Source of the DNA: a bacterium
Lineage (GTDB): Bacteria > Sysuimicrobiota > Sysuimicrobiia > Sysuimicrobiales > Kaftiobacteriaceae
Length of the DNA stretch: 64,000 nt
Direction of reading: 5' to 3'
Assembly (NCBI GenBank): GCA_035292085.1
Contig: DATDQT010000152.1
Span: 17,828 to 81,827, forward strand
The notes beneath the pieces are model-generated. The model was not told where the DNA came from and searched no databases. It saw only the letters and a program-made list of their open reading frames with translations. Each line of letters begins with the position of its first letter. The first letter of the stretch is position 1. Both the position numbers and the translations under genes were made by a program. Shown here piece after piece: positions 37,530-46,683 of this stretch.

Positions 37530-38693
37530 CTACCTCACGGTCACAGAAGTTGTGGCCGGCGCGCGGAGGTCGGCGACGATCTGGGGGATTACGTCGAGCA
37601 GATAGTCGACATCCTCCTCGGTCGTCCAGCGGCCCAGCGTCAGGCGGATCGTGCCGGCGGCGATCTCGGGCGGCAGCCCGATCGCCGTGAGTACGTGCGA
37701 CGGCTCCAAACTCCCCGACGTGCAGGCCGACCCGCTGCTGGCGGCGACGCCCTGAAAGTCCAGCGCCATCAGCAGCGACTCACTGTCGGTCCCCTCGAAC
37801 GACACGTTGACGTTGCCGGGCAGCCGCCGCTCGGGATGGCCGTTGTCATGGGCGCCGTCGATCCCGGCCAGGCCGGCGCGCAGCCGGTCCCGCAATGCGC
37901 GCAGCCGCGCGGCTTCACCGTCCATGTGGTCGGACGCGAGCTCCATCGCTTTCCCGAACCCGACGATGAGCGGCACCGCCTCGGTGCCGGCGCGCCGGTT
38001 CCGTTCGTGTGAACCCCCGTGCTGGATCCGGGTGAGACGCGCGCCCTTCCGGACGTAGAGGGCGCCCACCCCTTTCGGCCCGTACCGTTTGTGTGCGGAC
38101 ATCGACAGCACATCGACCGACAGGTCGTCCACGTTCACGGGCAGCAGACCGACGGACTGGGTGGCATCAGTATGCATGAGGATTCCCCGCTCGCGCACCG
38201 CCCGTCCGACCTCCGCCACCGGCTCGAGCGTGCCGATCTCATTGTTGGCGTGCATCACCGACACGAGGATCGTGTCCTTGCGCAGCGCGGCGAGGACGTC
38301 ATCTGGACCGACCATCCCAGCACGGTCAACCGGGAGGTACGTGACCTCGAACCCTCTCGCTTCCAGGAAGCGGCAGGGCTCGAGCACGGCGTGGTGCTCG
38401 ACGCTGGTCGTCACGATATGGCGGCCCCGGTCTTCGTTGGCGTACGCCGCCCCGAGGACGGCAAAATTGTCCGCCTCCGTGGCCCCGCTGGTGAAGACAA
38501 TTTCCTGCGGTCTGGCGCCGACGACCCCCGCGACCGTCGCCCGGGCGCGGTCGACGCCCTCGCGGGCGTCCTGGCCGAACTGGTGGACACTGCTGGCATT
38601 GCCGAACCGGTCGGTGAAGTACGGCAGCATCGCCTCGACCACGCGTGGGTCGACAGGCGTGGTGGCACCGTAGTCGGCGTACACCGTTCTCAT
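37530..38693 (-). CDS. Cysteine desulfurase (NifS/IscS class V aminotransferase)
   Basis: FTSGATEADN, SAHKRYGPKGVGALY (PLP Lys) and SSGSACTSG (active-site Cys loop). Confidence 0.85.
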   Translation of the reverse strand: MRTVYADYGATTPVDPRVVEAMLPYFTDRFGNASSVHQFGQDAREGVDRARATVAGVVGARPQEIVFTSGATEADNFAVLGAAYANEDRGRHIVTTSVEHHAVLEPCRFLEARGFEVTYLPVDRAGMVGPDDVLAALRKDTILVSVMHANNEIGTLEPVAEVGRAVRERGILMHTDATQSVGLLPVNVDDLSVDVLSMSAHKRYGPKGVGALYVRKGARLTRIQHGGSHERNRRAGTEAVPLIVGFGKAMELASDHMDGEAARLRALRDRLRAGLAGIDGAHDNGHPERRLPGNVNVSFEGTDSESLLMALDFQGVAASSGSACTSGSLEPSHVLTAIGLPPEIAAGTIRLTLGRWTTEEDVDYLLDVIPQIVADLRAPATTSVTVR

Positions 38694-38705
38694 GCTGCCT
38701 TCAGT

Positions 38706-39035
38706 CTAGCCGATCGAAGCGGCCTGGAGGGTGAGGGCGAGTGGAGCGCGTCGCCGCCTGCGGGTACCGGCCGGCGATGGCAGCACCGCAGGCGGCGTGC
38801 GCGGGGTGAGGTGCAGTCTGACGTCGCGCAGCCGGATCCGGCGGCGCGTGACCAGGTAACGGATCTCTTGCAGGCGTTCGACGTCGCGCCAGGAGTAGAG
38901 ACGGCGGCTGGTGCGGCCTTCGCGACGTGGAGCGATCAGGCCCCTGACCTCCCAGCGGCGGATGGTGGACGGAGAAACGCCGACGAGGGTGCCGACGACA
39001 CCGACGGTAAACACGGGCGAGTTGAGCGGCTTCAT
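38706..39035 (-). CDS. MerR family transcriptional regulator (HspR-like short form)
   Basis: FTVGVVGTLVGVSPSTIRRWEVRGLI...R.YSWRDVERLQEIRYL helix-turn-helix. GGAGG lies 9 nt upstream of the ATG. Confidence 0.75.
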   Translation of the reverse strand: MKPLNSPVFTVGVVGTLVGVSPSTIRRWEVRGLIAPRREGRTSRRLYSWRDVERLQEIRYLVTRRRIRLRDVRLHLTPRTPPAVLPSPAGTRRRRRAPLALTLQAASIG

Positions 39036-39192
39036 GAACTAGACCTCCGGGGCCTACTCCTTCAATATACCAATCGAAGCACCGTCCAAACACAAGGCCC
39101 CGAACAGGCTCTCCCTCCCTCCGGCGGCAGAAATCGGCAAATACTGGCAGAAGATCGGGGAAATCAGCGGATATTTCACTATCTGCGCGCAT

Positions 39193-39885
39193 TTACGGGC
39201 CGAATTGCGCGGTTTCAAGCCGTCTTGCATACCGCTCGCCCCCCGGGTTGTCGCTCTTCCGCGACGCGCCGACCGCCGCATCGATGTCGTAGGGAATGCG
39301 GTGGATCTGCGCCGACCAACCCTCGGACGTCTCCTCAAGCGTGGCGAACGACGCGCGCTGGTCGCCGTCAAAGGGCATGCCCACACTGCCCGCGTTCACC
39401 AACAGCCTGGAATCAGCACGCCGCTGGTGCGCCACGTGGATGTGCCCATAGACGACCGCCGCCGCGTTCGCTTCCTGGAACACCCGCTCCACCAGGAGAG
39501 GACCGGCATCGGGCGGCACCACCTCCGTGATGCTCCACGGCGTGGCGTGGACAACGACGAGGTCGCCGCGCGCTCCCTGGGCGTACCGCCAAAGAAACGG
39601 CAGGGACGCCACGTAACGCCGTTGCTCGTCGCCCAGACGTTCGGCCGCCCACCTCGAAATCGGATCCGGGGCCGCCGCCGGATCGGTGACCCACTCGTCT
39701 GTGTTGCCCCGAATGGCCGGATACCCGCGGCGGCGAATCAACTCGACGCATTCCGCGGGCGCCGGGCCACCAAACGCGAGATCCCCGCCAACCGCCACCA
39801 GCGCGGGCCGCAGCCGGTCCAGCTCCTGGAGGACCGCCCGCAATGCCCAGGCGTTTCCGTGGATGTCGGAAATGACGGCAATCAT
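39193..39885 (-). CDS. Metallophosphoesterase (YfcE/MJ0936-like)
   Basis: MIAVISDIHGN...GGDLA...GNTDE...HATP...YGHIH motif series. Confidence 0.75.
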   Translation of the reverse strand: MIAVISDIHGNAWALRAVLQELDRLRPALVAVGGDLAFGGPAPAECVELIRRRGYPAIRGNTDEWVTDPAAAPDPISRWAAERLGDEQRRYVASLPFLWRYAQGARGDLVVVHATPWSITEVVPPDAGPLLVERVFQEANAAAVVYGHIHVAHQRRADSRLLVNAGSVGMPFDGDQRASFATLEETSEGWSAQIHRIPYDIDAAVGASRKSDNPGGERYARRLETAQFGP

Positions 39886-40469
39886 GCCCGCGGCCCGAAC
39901 ACGGAGTCGAGGAAGTTTCTGAGGATCCGGGCCGTGGCCCCCCAGATCTCGTGCGTCTCATGCTGGTAGAAGAGGAGCTGCACCCGTTCGCCGTCGCGAT
40001 CCCGTTCCTCGACGCGGACCTTTGTGGGGTCCGCGAACGTCTCGAGCGGCACGATCAGGACCTCCGCGATCTCGTCGGCGCTGATCCGCAGCTCGAGGGG
40101 ATGCGGGATGATCCCGACGATGGGCGTCACGACGAACCCACTGACGAAGGTGGGCACATCATCGAGGGTGCCCAAGACTCGGACCCGGTGCGGAGGAATC
40201 CCGAGTTCCTCCTCGGTTTCCCGCAGGGCGGTCGCCACCGCATCGGCGTCCCCCGCGTCGGTCGACCCACCCGGCAGGGAGACCTGGCCTTTGTGGTGCT
40301 CCACGGTCTCCGTGCGCTTGGTAAGGAGGACGTGGACGCGGCCGTCGGCTACCACGAGCGGAACCAGAACGGCCGCCCGCCGCAGCCCCGGCCGGTCGTA
40401 TTCACGGCGCGGATGCGTCGAGAGCACGGAGACGATCCGCTCCGCCAGTTCGTCCACCGACAGTTCCAT
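39882..40469 (-). CDS. NUDIX hydrolase (CoA pyrophosphatase-like)
   Basis: Nudix box GGSTDAGDADAVATALRETEEELGI. Start chosen at ATG 40469; the track ORF extends to 40532. Confidence 0.75.
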   Translation of the reverse strand: MELSVDELAERIVSVLSTHPRREYDRPGLRRAAVLVPLVVADGRVHVLLTKRTETVEHHKGQVSLPGGSTDAGDADAVATALRETEEELGIPPHRVRVLGTLDDVPTFVSGFVVTPIVGIIPHPLELRISADEIAEVLIVPLETFADPTKVRVEERDRDGERVQLLFYQHETHEIWGATARILRNFLDSVFGPRA

Positions 40470-40600
40470 GACTGCGTCTTCCCCGTCCGGCGGGTCCGCC
40501 CTGTCTGTCCGGGGACTCCAACATGGAGACACCTAAGGGGTCTGACCCCTTAACCTCACGAACACCCGCTCGCCGCCGTCTCTAGGGCCTGCTCCACAGG

Positions 40601-40609
40601 TTATCCACA
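40601..40609 (+). promoter_or_regulatory. Perfect DnaA-box consensus TTATCCACA (single copy)
   Basis: Read directly in the NUDIX/thyA divergent intergenic region. Confidence 0.3.
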
Positions 40610-40803
40610 ATATGTTGATATCTCGGCAGGAGTTTCTGCCTCCGGCGTGAATTACCCCAAAGACCCTCAGGGGGGAGGAGCCTTCAAGCTGGGCTGATCG
40701 CCTCCACGCTGGCTCCCCACCGAGCAATAACGCTGAACTCACACACGCCTCCTTCGCCCGCACCTCTCCCCTGGGGACAACCACAAGTGCCGGTCAGGCG
40801 CCC

Positions 40804-41724
40804 ATGACGGAATATGTGCCGTTCGAACAGAGAACACCGGACACGCAGTACCGGGATCTTCTCCTCCGCATCCTCACGACCGGCGAGGAGGTCCTCACCG
40901 AACACGGCACGCCGGCGCTGAAGATCATCGGCCATCAGCTGCGTTTCCGGCTGGAGAACGGGTTCCCGGTCGTGACCGAGCGCGACATCGCCAGCTCCCC
41001 GGCGCGCGGGACGCGGCCGTCGCCGTTCTCGCAGGCATTGGGGGAACTGTGCGCGTTTCTCAACGGCGCCCAGACCCAGGAGGAATTGGAGTCATTCGGC
41101 TGTTTCTGGTGGGACCGCTGGGTGGTGCCCGAAGCCGCCGCGGCGTTCGGACTGCCCCCGGGGGATCTGGGACCGGGATCCTACGGTGCGGCGTTCCGAA
41201 GATTCCCGACGTCCACCGGCACCTTCGATCAAGTGGCGGCCTTGATCCAACAGATCAGGGCGCGTCCGGATGCCCGCCACCACGAACTCACACCATGGAT
41301 CCCTCCCTACGTGTTGGCCGCCGACGGACAAGATCGCAAGGCCGTCGTCCCACCCTGCCACGGGTGGGTGCACGTCCACATCAACACAAAGCGGGGCGAT
41401 CTGGTCCTCACCCACCGCCAGCGCAGTGCCGACGCGCCGGTCGGGCTCGTCTACAACCTGATCCACTACGCCGCGCTGACCCTGATGATCGCCCAGGTCA
41501 CCGGGTACCGCGCGCGGGAACTGGTGTACTGGATTGACGACGCGCACATCTACCTCGGGCAGGTCGAAGACGTCCGGGCGATGCTGGCTACCGAGCCGCA
41601 ACGGTTTCCGACGGTGACCGTCGATCCGGCTGTCGCCGATCTGTTCGCGTTCCGAGCGCATCACTTCGCCGTCACCGACTACCACCCGCGGCTGCCCCGC
41701 AGGCGAATCCACACCCCGGCATGA
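40804..41724 (+). CDS. thyA: Thymidylate synthase (ThyA family, divergent)
   Basis: PPCH active-site Cys, HRQRSADAPVGL and DDAHIY motifs. ATGA overlap with folA. Confidence 0.75.
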   Translation: MTEYVPFEQRTPDTQYRDLLLRILTTGEEVLTEHGTPALKIIGHQLRFRLENGFPVVTERDIASSPARGTRPSPFSQALGELCAFLNGAQTQEELESFGCFWWDRWVVPEAAAAFGLPPGDLGPGSYGAAFRRFPTSTGTFDQVAALIQQIRARPDARHHELTPWIPPYVLAADGQDRKAVVPPCHGWVHVHINTKRGDLVLTHRQRSADAPVGLVYNLIHYAALTLMIAQVTGYRARELVYWIDDAHIYLGQVEDVRAMLATEPQRFPTVTVDPAVADLFAFRAHHFAVTDYHPRLPRRRIHTPA

Positions 41725-42227
41725 AGGTCTCGCTCGTCGTCGCCGCCGCCGACAACGGCGTGATCGGGCGGCAGGGCGATCTCCCGTGGCGCCTGCGCGC
41801 CGACCTGCGGCGGTTCAAAGCCCTGACGATGGGCCACCCCGTGATCGTTGGCCGGAAGACCTACGAGTCGATTCGCTCGCGTGTGGGCGGGCCGCTGCCG
41901 GGCCGGAAGATGGTCGTGCTGACGCGCAACCCAGCGTACGCGGCGCCGGGCTGTGAGGTCGTCAGCTCGATGGACGAGGCGCTGCGGCGGGCGGCGGGCG
42001 ACGCGGAGGTATTCGTGATCGGGGGCGCGGACATCTACGCGCTGGCCCTGCCCAGCGCCGACCGCATCTACCTCACCCGCGTCCACGGCGATGTGCCCGG
42101 CGATACCTGGCTCCCGCCGCTGCCGGCCGAAGAATGGGCCGTCGTGCGGCGGGAGCGGCATCCCCGGAATGCCGAAAATGACTACGCCACCACCTACGAG
42201 GTGCTCGACCGGACCCGCGGCGAATGA
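41721..42227 (+). CDS. folA: Dihydrofolate reductase
   Basis: VAAADNGVIGRQGDLPW...VGRKTYESI...FVIGGADIY motifs. Confidence 0.85.
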   Translation: MKVSLVVAAADNGVIGRQGDLPWRLRADLRRFKALTMGHPVIVGRKTYESIRSRVGGPLPGRKMVVLTRNPAYAAPGCEVVSSMDEALRRAAGDAEVFVIGGADIYALALPSADRIYLTRVHGDVPGDTWLPPLPAEEWAVVRRERHPRNAENDYATTYEVLDRTRGE

Positions 42228-43195
42228 ATCTGATCCTGCTCGGCGATGTGATGCTGGGACGGCTGGTGAACCGCGCACTGGCCCGCGGTCCGGCGGAGTC
42301 CCCCTGGGGAGATACCCTTCCGCTGCTGCGCCGTGCGGACGCCGTGGTCTGCAACCTCGAGTGCGTCATCGCCGACGGCGGCCGGCCCGAGCCCGGCAAG
42401 ATGTTCACGTTCCGCAGTGATGCCGCCAACGTGGCTGTCCTCACCGCCGGCCACGTCGCCGCCGTCTCGCTGGCGAACAACCACACCCTGGACTACGGGG
42501 CCGACGCGCTGCTCGAGTGCGTGGACGTGCTCGACCGCCACGGCATCGCGCATGCCGGAGCCGGGCGCACGCTGGAGGAAGCGCAGCGGCCGGCCACGTT
42601 TGTGGCGGGAGCGACCACGGTCGCAATGGTCGCCTGCACCGACAACGAACCTGGGTGGGCGGCCGGCCCGCGCCGGCCGGGCCTCTTCTACGTCCCGTTC
42701 TCGGGCAATGATGTCCGGTGTGACGAGCTGTGTGCGGTCATCTCCTCGGTGCGGCCGGACGCCGACGTGGTGGTAGCCTCCCTGCACTGGGGGCCGAACT
42801 GGGGCTACGAGCCGCCGCGAGAACACGTCGATGCGGCCCGCCGCCTCATCGATGCCGGCGCCGACCTCGTGTTCGGCCACAGCCCGCACGTCTTCCGCGG
42901 AGTCGGCACGCACCGCGGCCGGGCGGTCCTCTACAGCAGCGGCGACTTTGTCGACGATTACGCGGTCGATCCGGTCGAGCGCAACGACCAGTCGTTCTTG
43001 TGCGTCCTGGAGTATGCCGGCGGCCGCCCGGGGACGCTGAGGCTGGTCCCCACGGTCGTCCGCGAGTTCCAGGCCAGGCTGGCCGCGGGGGTCGAGCGGA
43101 GGGAGATCGAACAGAAGCTGCAGCGCCTGTGTGCGGCGCTCGGGACCGAGGTCCACCTAACCCCGGATGGCCTGGGGTGGAGACCAGGGGACTGA
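42224..43195 (+). CDS. CapA family (PGA_cap) metallophosphatase-like protein
   Basis: LLGDVMLGR...NLECV...ANNHTLDYG...HWG.N....P pattern. Confidence 0.7.
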   Translation: MNLILLGDVMLGRLVNRALARGPAESPWGDTLPLLRRADAVVCNLECVIADGGRPEPGKMFTFRSDAANVAVLTAGHVAAVSLANNHTLDYGADALLECVDVLDRHGIAHAGAGRTLEEAQRPATFVAGATTVAMVACTDNEPGWAAGPRRPGLFYVPFSGNDVRCDELCAVISSVRPDADVVVASLHWGPNWGYEPPREHVDAARRLIDAGADLVFGHSPHVFRGVGTHRGRAVLYSSGDFVDDYAVDPVERNDQSFLCVLEYAGGRPGTLRLVPTVVREFQARLAAGVERREIEQKLQRLCAALGTEVHLTPDGLGWRPGD

Positions 43196-43211
43196 AGGAG
43201 CGCAGTGGGCG

Positions 43212-44099
43212 ATGCGAATTGCCACGTACCAGACAGGCAACGAACTGAGGCTCGGCTTCGTGCTCGGGGACCGGGTCGTCGACGTGGCGCCGCTGGCGCG
43301 CCGCCGCAAGGTTCCGCCGCCGGCGGACATGATCGCGTTGATCGACACGGTCCCAGTCCGGACCCTCCGGGCTCTGTACGAGGACGCACAGGAGTGGGCC
43401 GGCGCGGGCCGCCCCACGCGGCCGCTGAGCCGGACGACGTTGCGGGCGCCGATCCCGCGCCCGCGCAAGAACATCTTCTGCATGGGACGGAATTACGCTG
43501 AACACGCCCGCGAGGGCGGGGTGGCGCCGCCGGAGGTTCCGGTCTTCTTCACCAAACCGCCGACGGCGGTGATCGGCCCCGGGGCCCCGGTGACCTATCA
43601 CCGTGCCACCGAAGCCCTCGATTACGAGGTCGAGCTGGTCGCGGTCATCGGGCGCCGCGGGAAGAACATCGCGGAGTCGGACGCTTTGGACCACGTGTTC
43701 GGCTACACGATCATGAACGACGTGACGGCGCGGGATCTGCAGCGCCGGCATCAGCAGTGGTTCAAGGGAAAATCCCTGGACACGTCGGCGCCGATGGGAC
43801 CGTGGATTGTCCACCGATCCGCGATCCCCGATCCCCAGGCCCTGCGTCTCTCGATGCGGGTCAACGGGGAGGTGCGTCAGAACTCCACGACCGCCAACAT
43901 GCTGTTCTCAGTCGCCACACTGATCGCGGTGCTCTCCCTCGGCATGACCCTGGAGCCCGGCGACCTCCTGGCCACGGGCACGCCCGAGGGGGTGGGGATG
44001 GGATTCACCCCACCGAAATGGCTGCAGGTGGGAGACGTGGTGGAAGCCGAGATCGAGCGGATTGGCGTGCTGAAGAACCGGGTCAGAGCCGAACGGTAG
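43212..44099 (+). CDS. Fumarylacetoacetate hydrolase family protein
   Basis: NYAEHARE...DYEVELVAVIG...GYTIMNDVTARDLQ...KGKSLDT..PMGPW motifs. Start at ATG 43212 after GAAGGAG. Confidence 0.8.
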   Translation: MRIATYQTGNELRLGFVLGDRVVDVAPLARRRKVPPPADMIALIDTVPVRTLRALYEDAQEWAGAGRPTRPLSRTTLRAPIPRPRKNIFCMGRNYAEHAREGGVAPPEVPVFFTKPPTAVIGPGAPVTYHRATEALDYEVELVAVIGRRGKNIAESDALDHVFGYTIMNDVTARDLQRRHQQWFKGKSLDTSAPMGPWIVHRSAIPDPQALRLSMRVNGEVRQNSTTANMLFSVATLIAVLSLGMTLEPGDLLATGTPEGVGMGFTPPKWLQVGDVVEAEIERIGVLKNRVRAER

Positions 44100-44104
44100 C
44101 GGCG

Positions 44105-44710
44105 ATGGAACGTCTCCAGCGCTGCACATGGGCAGAAGGCAGCGCACTCCTCCGACGGTACCATGACCGGGAGTGGGGCGTGCCGGTCCGCCGGGACCGG
44201 AAGCACTTCGAGTTTCTCCTCCTCGACGCATTCCAGGCCGGCTTGAGCTGGGATCTGATCCTCAAGAAACGGCGGGCCTTGAAGGAGGCGTTTGCCGGGT
44301 TCGATCCGCGCCGGGTGGCCCGGTTCGGCGCCCGCGACGTCCGCCGGCTGCTGGCCGACTCCGGCATCATCCGCAACCGCGGGAAGATTGAGGCCGCGAT
44401 CACGAATGCCCGCCGGTTCCTCGACATCCAGCGGGAATGGGGCTCCTTCAACCAGTACATCTGGTCGTTTGTCGACGGCCGGCCCGTCCGCAACCGCTTC
44501 CGCCGGATGGCGGACCTCCCGGCGAAGACGCCCCTGGCCGAGACGATGAGCCGGGATCTAGTTCAGCGCGGCTTCAAATTCGTGGGGCCGACGATCTGCT
44601 ACGCGTACATGCAGGCGGCGGGCCTGGTGAACGATCACGTCGTGAGCTGTTTCCGCTATGACGCCCTCACCACGTTGAGAAGGTCCGCGATCCGTTCGAG
44701 AAACCGCTGA
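44105..44710 (+). CDS. tag: DNA-3-methyladenine glycosylase I
   Basis: YHDREWGVP...FEFLLLDAFQAGLSW...FKFVGPTICYAYMQAAGLVNDH motifs. Confidence 0.85.
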   Translation: MERLQRCTWAEGSALLRRYHDREWGVPVRRDRKHFEFLLLDAFQAGLSWDLILKKRRALKEAFAGFDPRRVARFGARDVRRLLADSGIIRNRGKIEAAITNARRFLDIQREWGSFNQYIWSFVDGRPVRNRFRRMADLPAKTPLAETMSRDLVQRGFKFVGPTICYAYMQAAGLVNDHVVSCFRYDALTTLRRSAIRSRNR

Positions 44711-45105
44711 TCGCCGGCCCCAAACGCGTCGAGGTCGGCGCTGTCGATGTCGATCTCGCCGATGACATGCCCATCCGAGAAAATCGGGACGACGACTTCG
44801 GATTTCGTGGACGGAAAGCAGGCAAGATAGCGTGGATCCGCGGACACGTCGGCGACGACTTCGGTCCTCCCCGAAGCCGCGGCTGCGCCGCAGACGCCGG
44901 TGCCGATCGGGATGCGGGTGTGTGCAGTGGCTTCGGGACCCTTCCAGGCGCCGAGTACGAGATCCGATCCCTCCACCCAGTAGATCCCGACCCACGAGTA
45001 GTGCGGAACCCGGTCGTGCAAGTAGTCGACGACCGCCTGTTCAAAGTCCTGCTGGCGCTCGTTGGCGAGGGACTCGATTTCCCGGTAGGCCGCGTCGTAA
45101 TCCAT
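44656..45105 (-). CDS. GAF domain protein (free methionine-(R)-sulfoxide reductase-like)
   Basis: Y.WVGIY...G.C....G....V.DV......ACF..TKSE.VVPI pattern of fRMsr/YebR-type GAF proteins. Confidence 0.75.
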   Translation of the reverse strand: MDYDAAYREIESLANERQQDFEQAVVDYLHDRVPHYSWVGIYWVEGSDLVLGAWKGPEATAHTRIPIGTGVCGAAAASGRTEVVADVSADPRYLACFPSTKSEVVVPIFSDGHVIGEIDIDSADLDAFGAGDQRFLERIADLLNVVRAS

Positions 45106-45543
45106 TCACCGTTCGAACCAGATCGTCTGCGGCTTGAGGTGGCGGGCCAGCCCCAACTGCGCGGCCATCAACCCGGTCCAACCCAGCACGCCCTCGATAA
45201 CGCTGAGGGTCTCCTCTTCGACCTCATCGGCCTCGGCGGTGGCATGGATACGGTCCAGCAGTTCCCGCGCACGGCCGGCCACGGTCTCGATGTCATCGAG
45301 CAGTTCCCGACCGACCCGCAGCGCCGGCGGGGTCACCAGCCGCGGCCGCTGCCCTGAGCGCGGACTGAGATTCTTGCGCTGCGCGACCGCCCAGTCCGAC
45401 AGTTCTTCCAGGGCATACACGGCCTCGGCCGGCCCGCGTTCCATCGCCACCGTGACGAACGCGTGACAGTTGCGCCAGACCTGCTGGATGATGCTGGCCA
45501 GGAACCGGCGGTCATGCGCGGTCCATCCGTGCCGGGCGGGCAC
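45106..45543 (-). CDS. Hypothetical protein
   Basis: 145-aa ORF abutting the GAF gene start. No family recognised. Confidence 0.5.
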   Translation of the reverse strand: MPARHGWTAHDRRFLASIIQQVWRNCHAFVTVAMERGPAEAVYALEELSDWAVAQRKNLSPRSGQRPRLVTPPALRVGRELLDDIETVAGRARELLDRIHATAEADEVEEETLSVIEGVLGWTGLMAAQLGLARHLKPQTIWFER

Positions 45544-45545
45544 GG

Positions 45546-45959
45546 CTAGCCTCCCAGTTCCTTGGCGTAGGTGATGATGAACCGGCCGTCATTGTGGCGG
45601 CGTCCCGCCACCATGGTCTGCGGCCCCACCCAGATGCGGAACACGATCAGTTCGGGTCGCAGCACGCCCATGATGGACCCGGTCGCGAGCAGGGCCTCAC
45701 TGCGCAACTGCTCCCGGTTCCGCGCCGTCGAGTTGGTCGTGCGGAAGAGCGCAGCCTCCCAATCGATTTTGATGTGCCGGCCCCCACGGAGCACCTGGAC
45801 GCGCTTGACGAGGCCCTCCCCCAGCACGTTCTCGGCGAGGTTCTTGGCGATGACCTCCAGCGGGACCGGCGCGTCCTGAGCGGCGACGACAGGCACGGCA
45901 GTCATCAACATGATGCCGCAGAGCGTGCCTGCCAGCCCCCATCTGACGCGCCGGGCCAT
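45546..45959 (-). CDS. Hypothetical secreted protein
   Basis: Signal peptide LAGTLCGIMLMTAVPVVAAQD. No family recognised. Confidence 0.5.
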   Translation of the reverse strand: MARRVRWGLAGTLCGIMLMTAVPVVAAQDAPVPLEVIAKNLAENVLGEGLVKRVQVLRGGRHIKIDWEAALFRTTNSTARNREQLRSEALLATGSIMGVLRPELIVFRIWVGPQTMVAGRRHNDGRFIITYAKELGG

Positions 45960-45981
45960 GCGTGCCCCTTCCGCGCGCCCA

Positions 45982-46683
45982 ATGGACTCTCCTCCGCCCC
46001 GCTATATACTGAATACCGTGCCGCTTGTTGACATCGACGAACTCTGGAAGGGCTACCGTCCCGGTTCCGTGCGCGTGCAGGCGCTGTCAGGGGTCTCGTT
46101 GCGCATCGAACGGGGAGAATTCGTCGCGATCGCCGGGCCCTCGGGCTCCGGCAAATCCACACTGCTGTACGTCATCGGCCTGCTGGACCGTCCCGACCGG
46201 GGCCGGTACCTGCTCGACGGCCGGGATGTCGGCGGCCTGAACGGACGGGAACGGGCACACCTGCGCAATGAAACGTTCGGCTTCGTGTTCCAGACCTTCA
46301 ACCTGCTGCCTCGCGCCACCGTCATGACCAACGTGCTGCTGCCGACACTCTACGCGCGGCATCCGGTCGACGGGAAGCGGCGCGCCGCGGAGTTGATCGA
46401 CCGGGTGGGCCTCACCGACCGCGTGGGCCACCGGTCCAATGAACTGTCCGGGGGCGAGCAGCAACGCGTCGCGATCGCCCGGGCGCTGATCATGAACCCG
46501 CAGATCCTCCTCGCCGATGAACCGACGGGCAACCTCGATCAGAAGACCGGCCGCGAGATCCTGGGCATCTTCCATGCCCTGCATGCCCAGGGCCTCACCG
46601 TGGTCCTGGTCACGCACGATCCGGAGGTCGGAGGGATCGCCGACCGATCCGTCCGCCTCGAAGACGGGCGGGTCACCAGATGA
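45982..46683 (+). CDS. ABC transporter ATP-binding protein (MacB/LolD-type)
   Basis: [37 protein letters not shown]. The alternative GTG start at 46018 (MPLVDIDEL...) is at least as likely. Confidence 0.8.
   Translation: MDSPPPRYILNTVPLVDIDELWKGYRPGSVRVQALSGVSLRIERGEFVAIAGPSGSGKSTLLYVIGLLDRPDRGRYLLDGRDVGGLNGRERAHLRNETFGFVFQTFNLLPRATVMTNVLLPTLYARHPVDGKRRAAELIDRVGLTDRVGHRSNELSGGEQQRVAIARALIMNPQILLADEPTGNLDQKTGREILGIFHALHAQGLTVVLVTHDPEVGGIADRSVRLEDGRVTR

Noticed and set aside
39036-39192. MerR-type promoter with a 19-20-bp spacer upstream of the MerR-family gene (TTGTGT-N20-TATATT)
   Set aside because: The -35 match is poor and I could find no dyad operator in the spacer. Too speculative to list as a feature.
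40601-40609. Chromosomal replication origin (oriC) inferred from the perfect DnaA box
   Set aside because: I saw only one box, no dnaA/dnaN nearby, no cluster of boxes and no obvious AT-rich unwinding element of adequate length.
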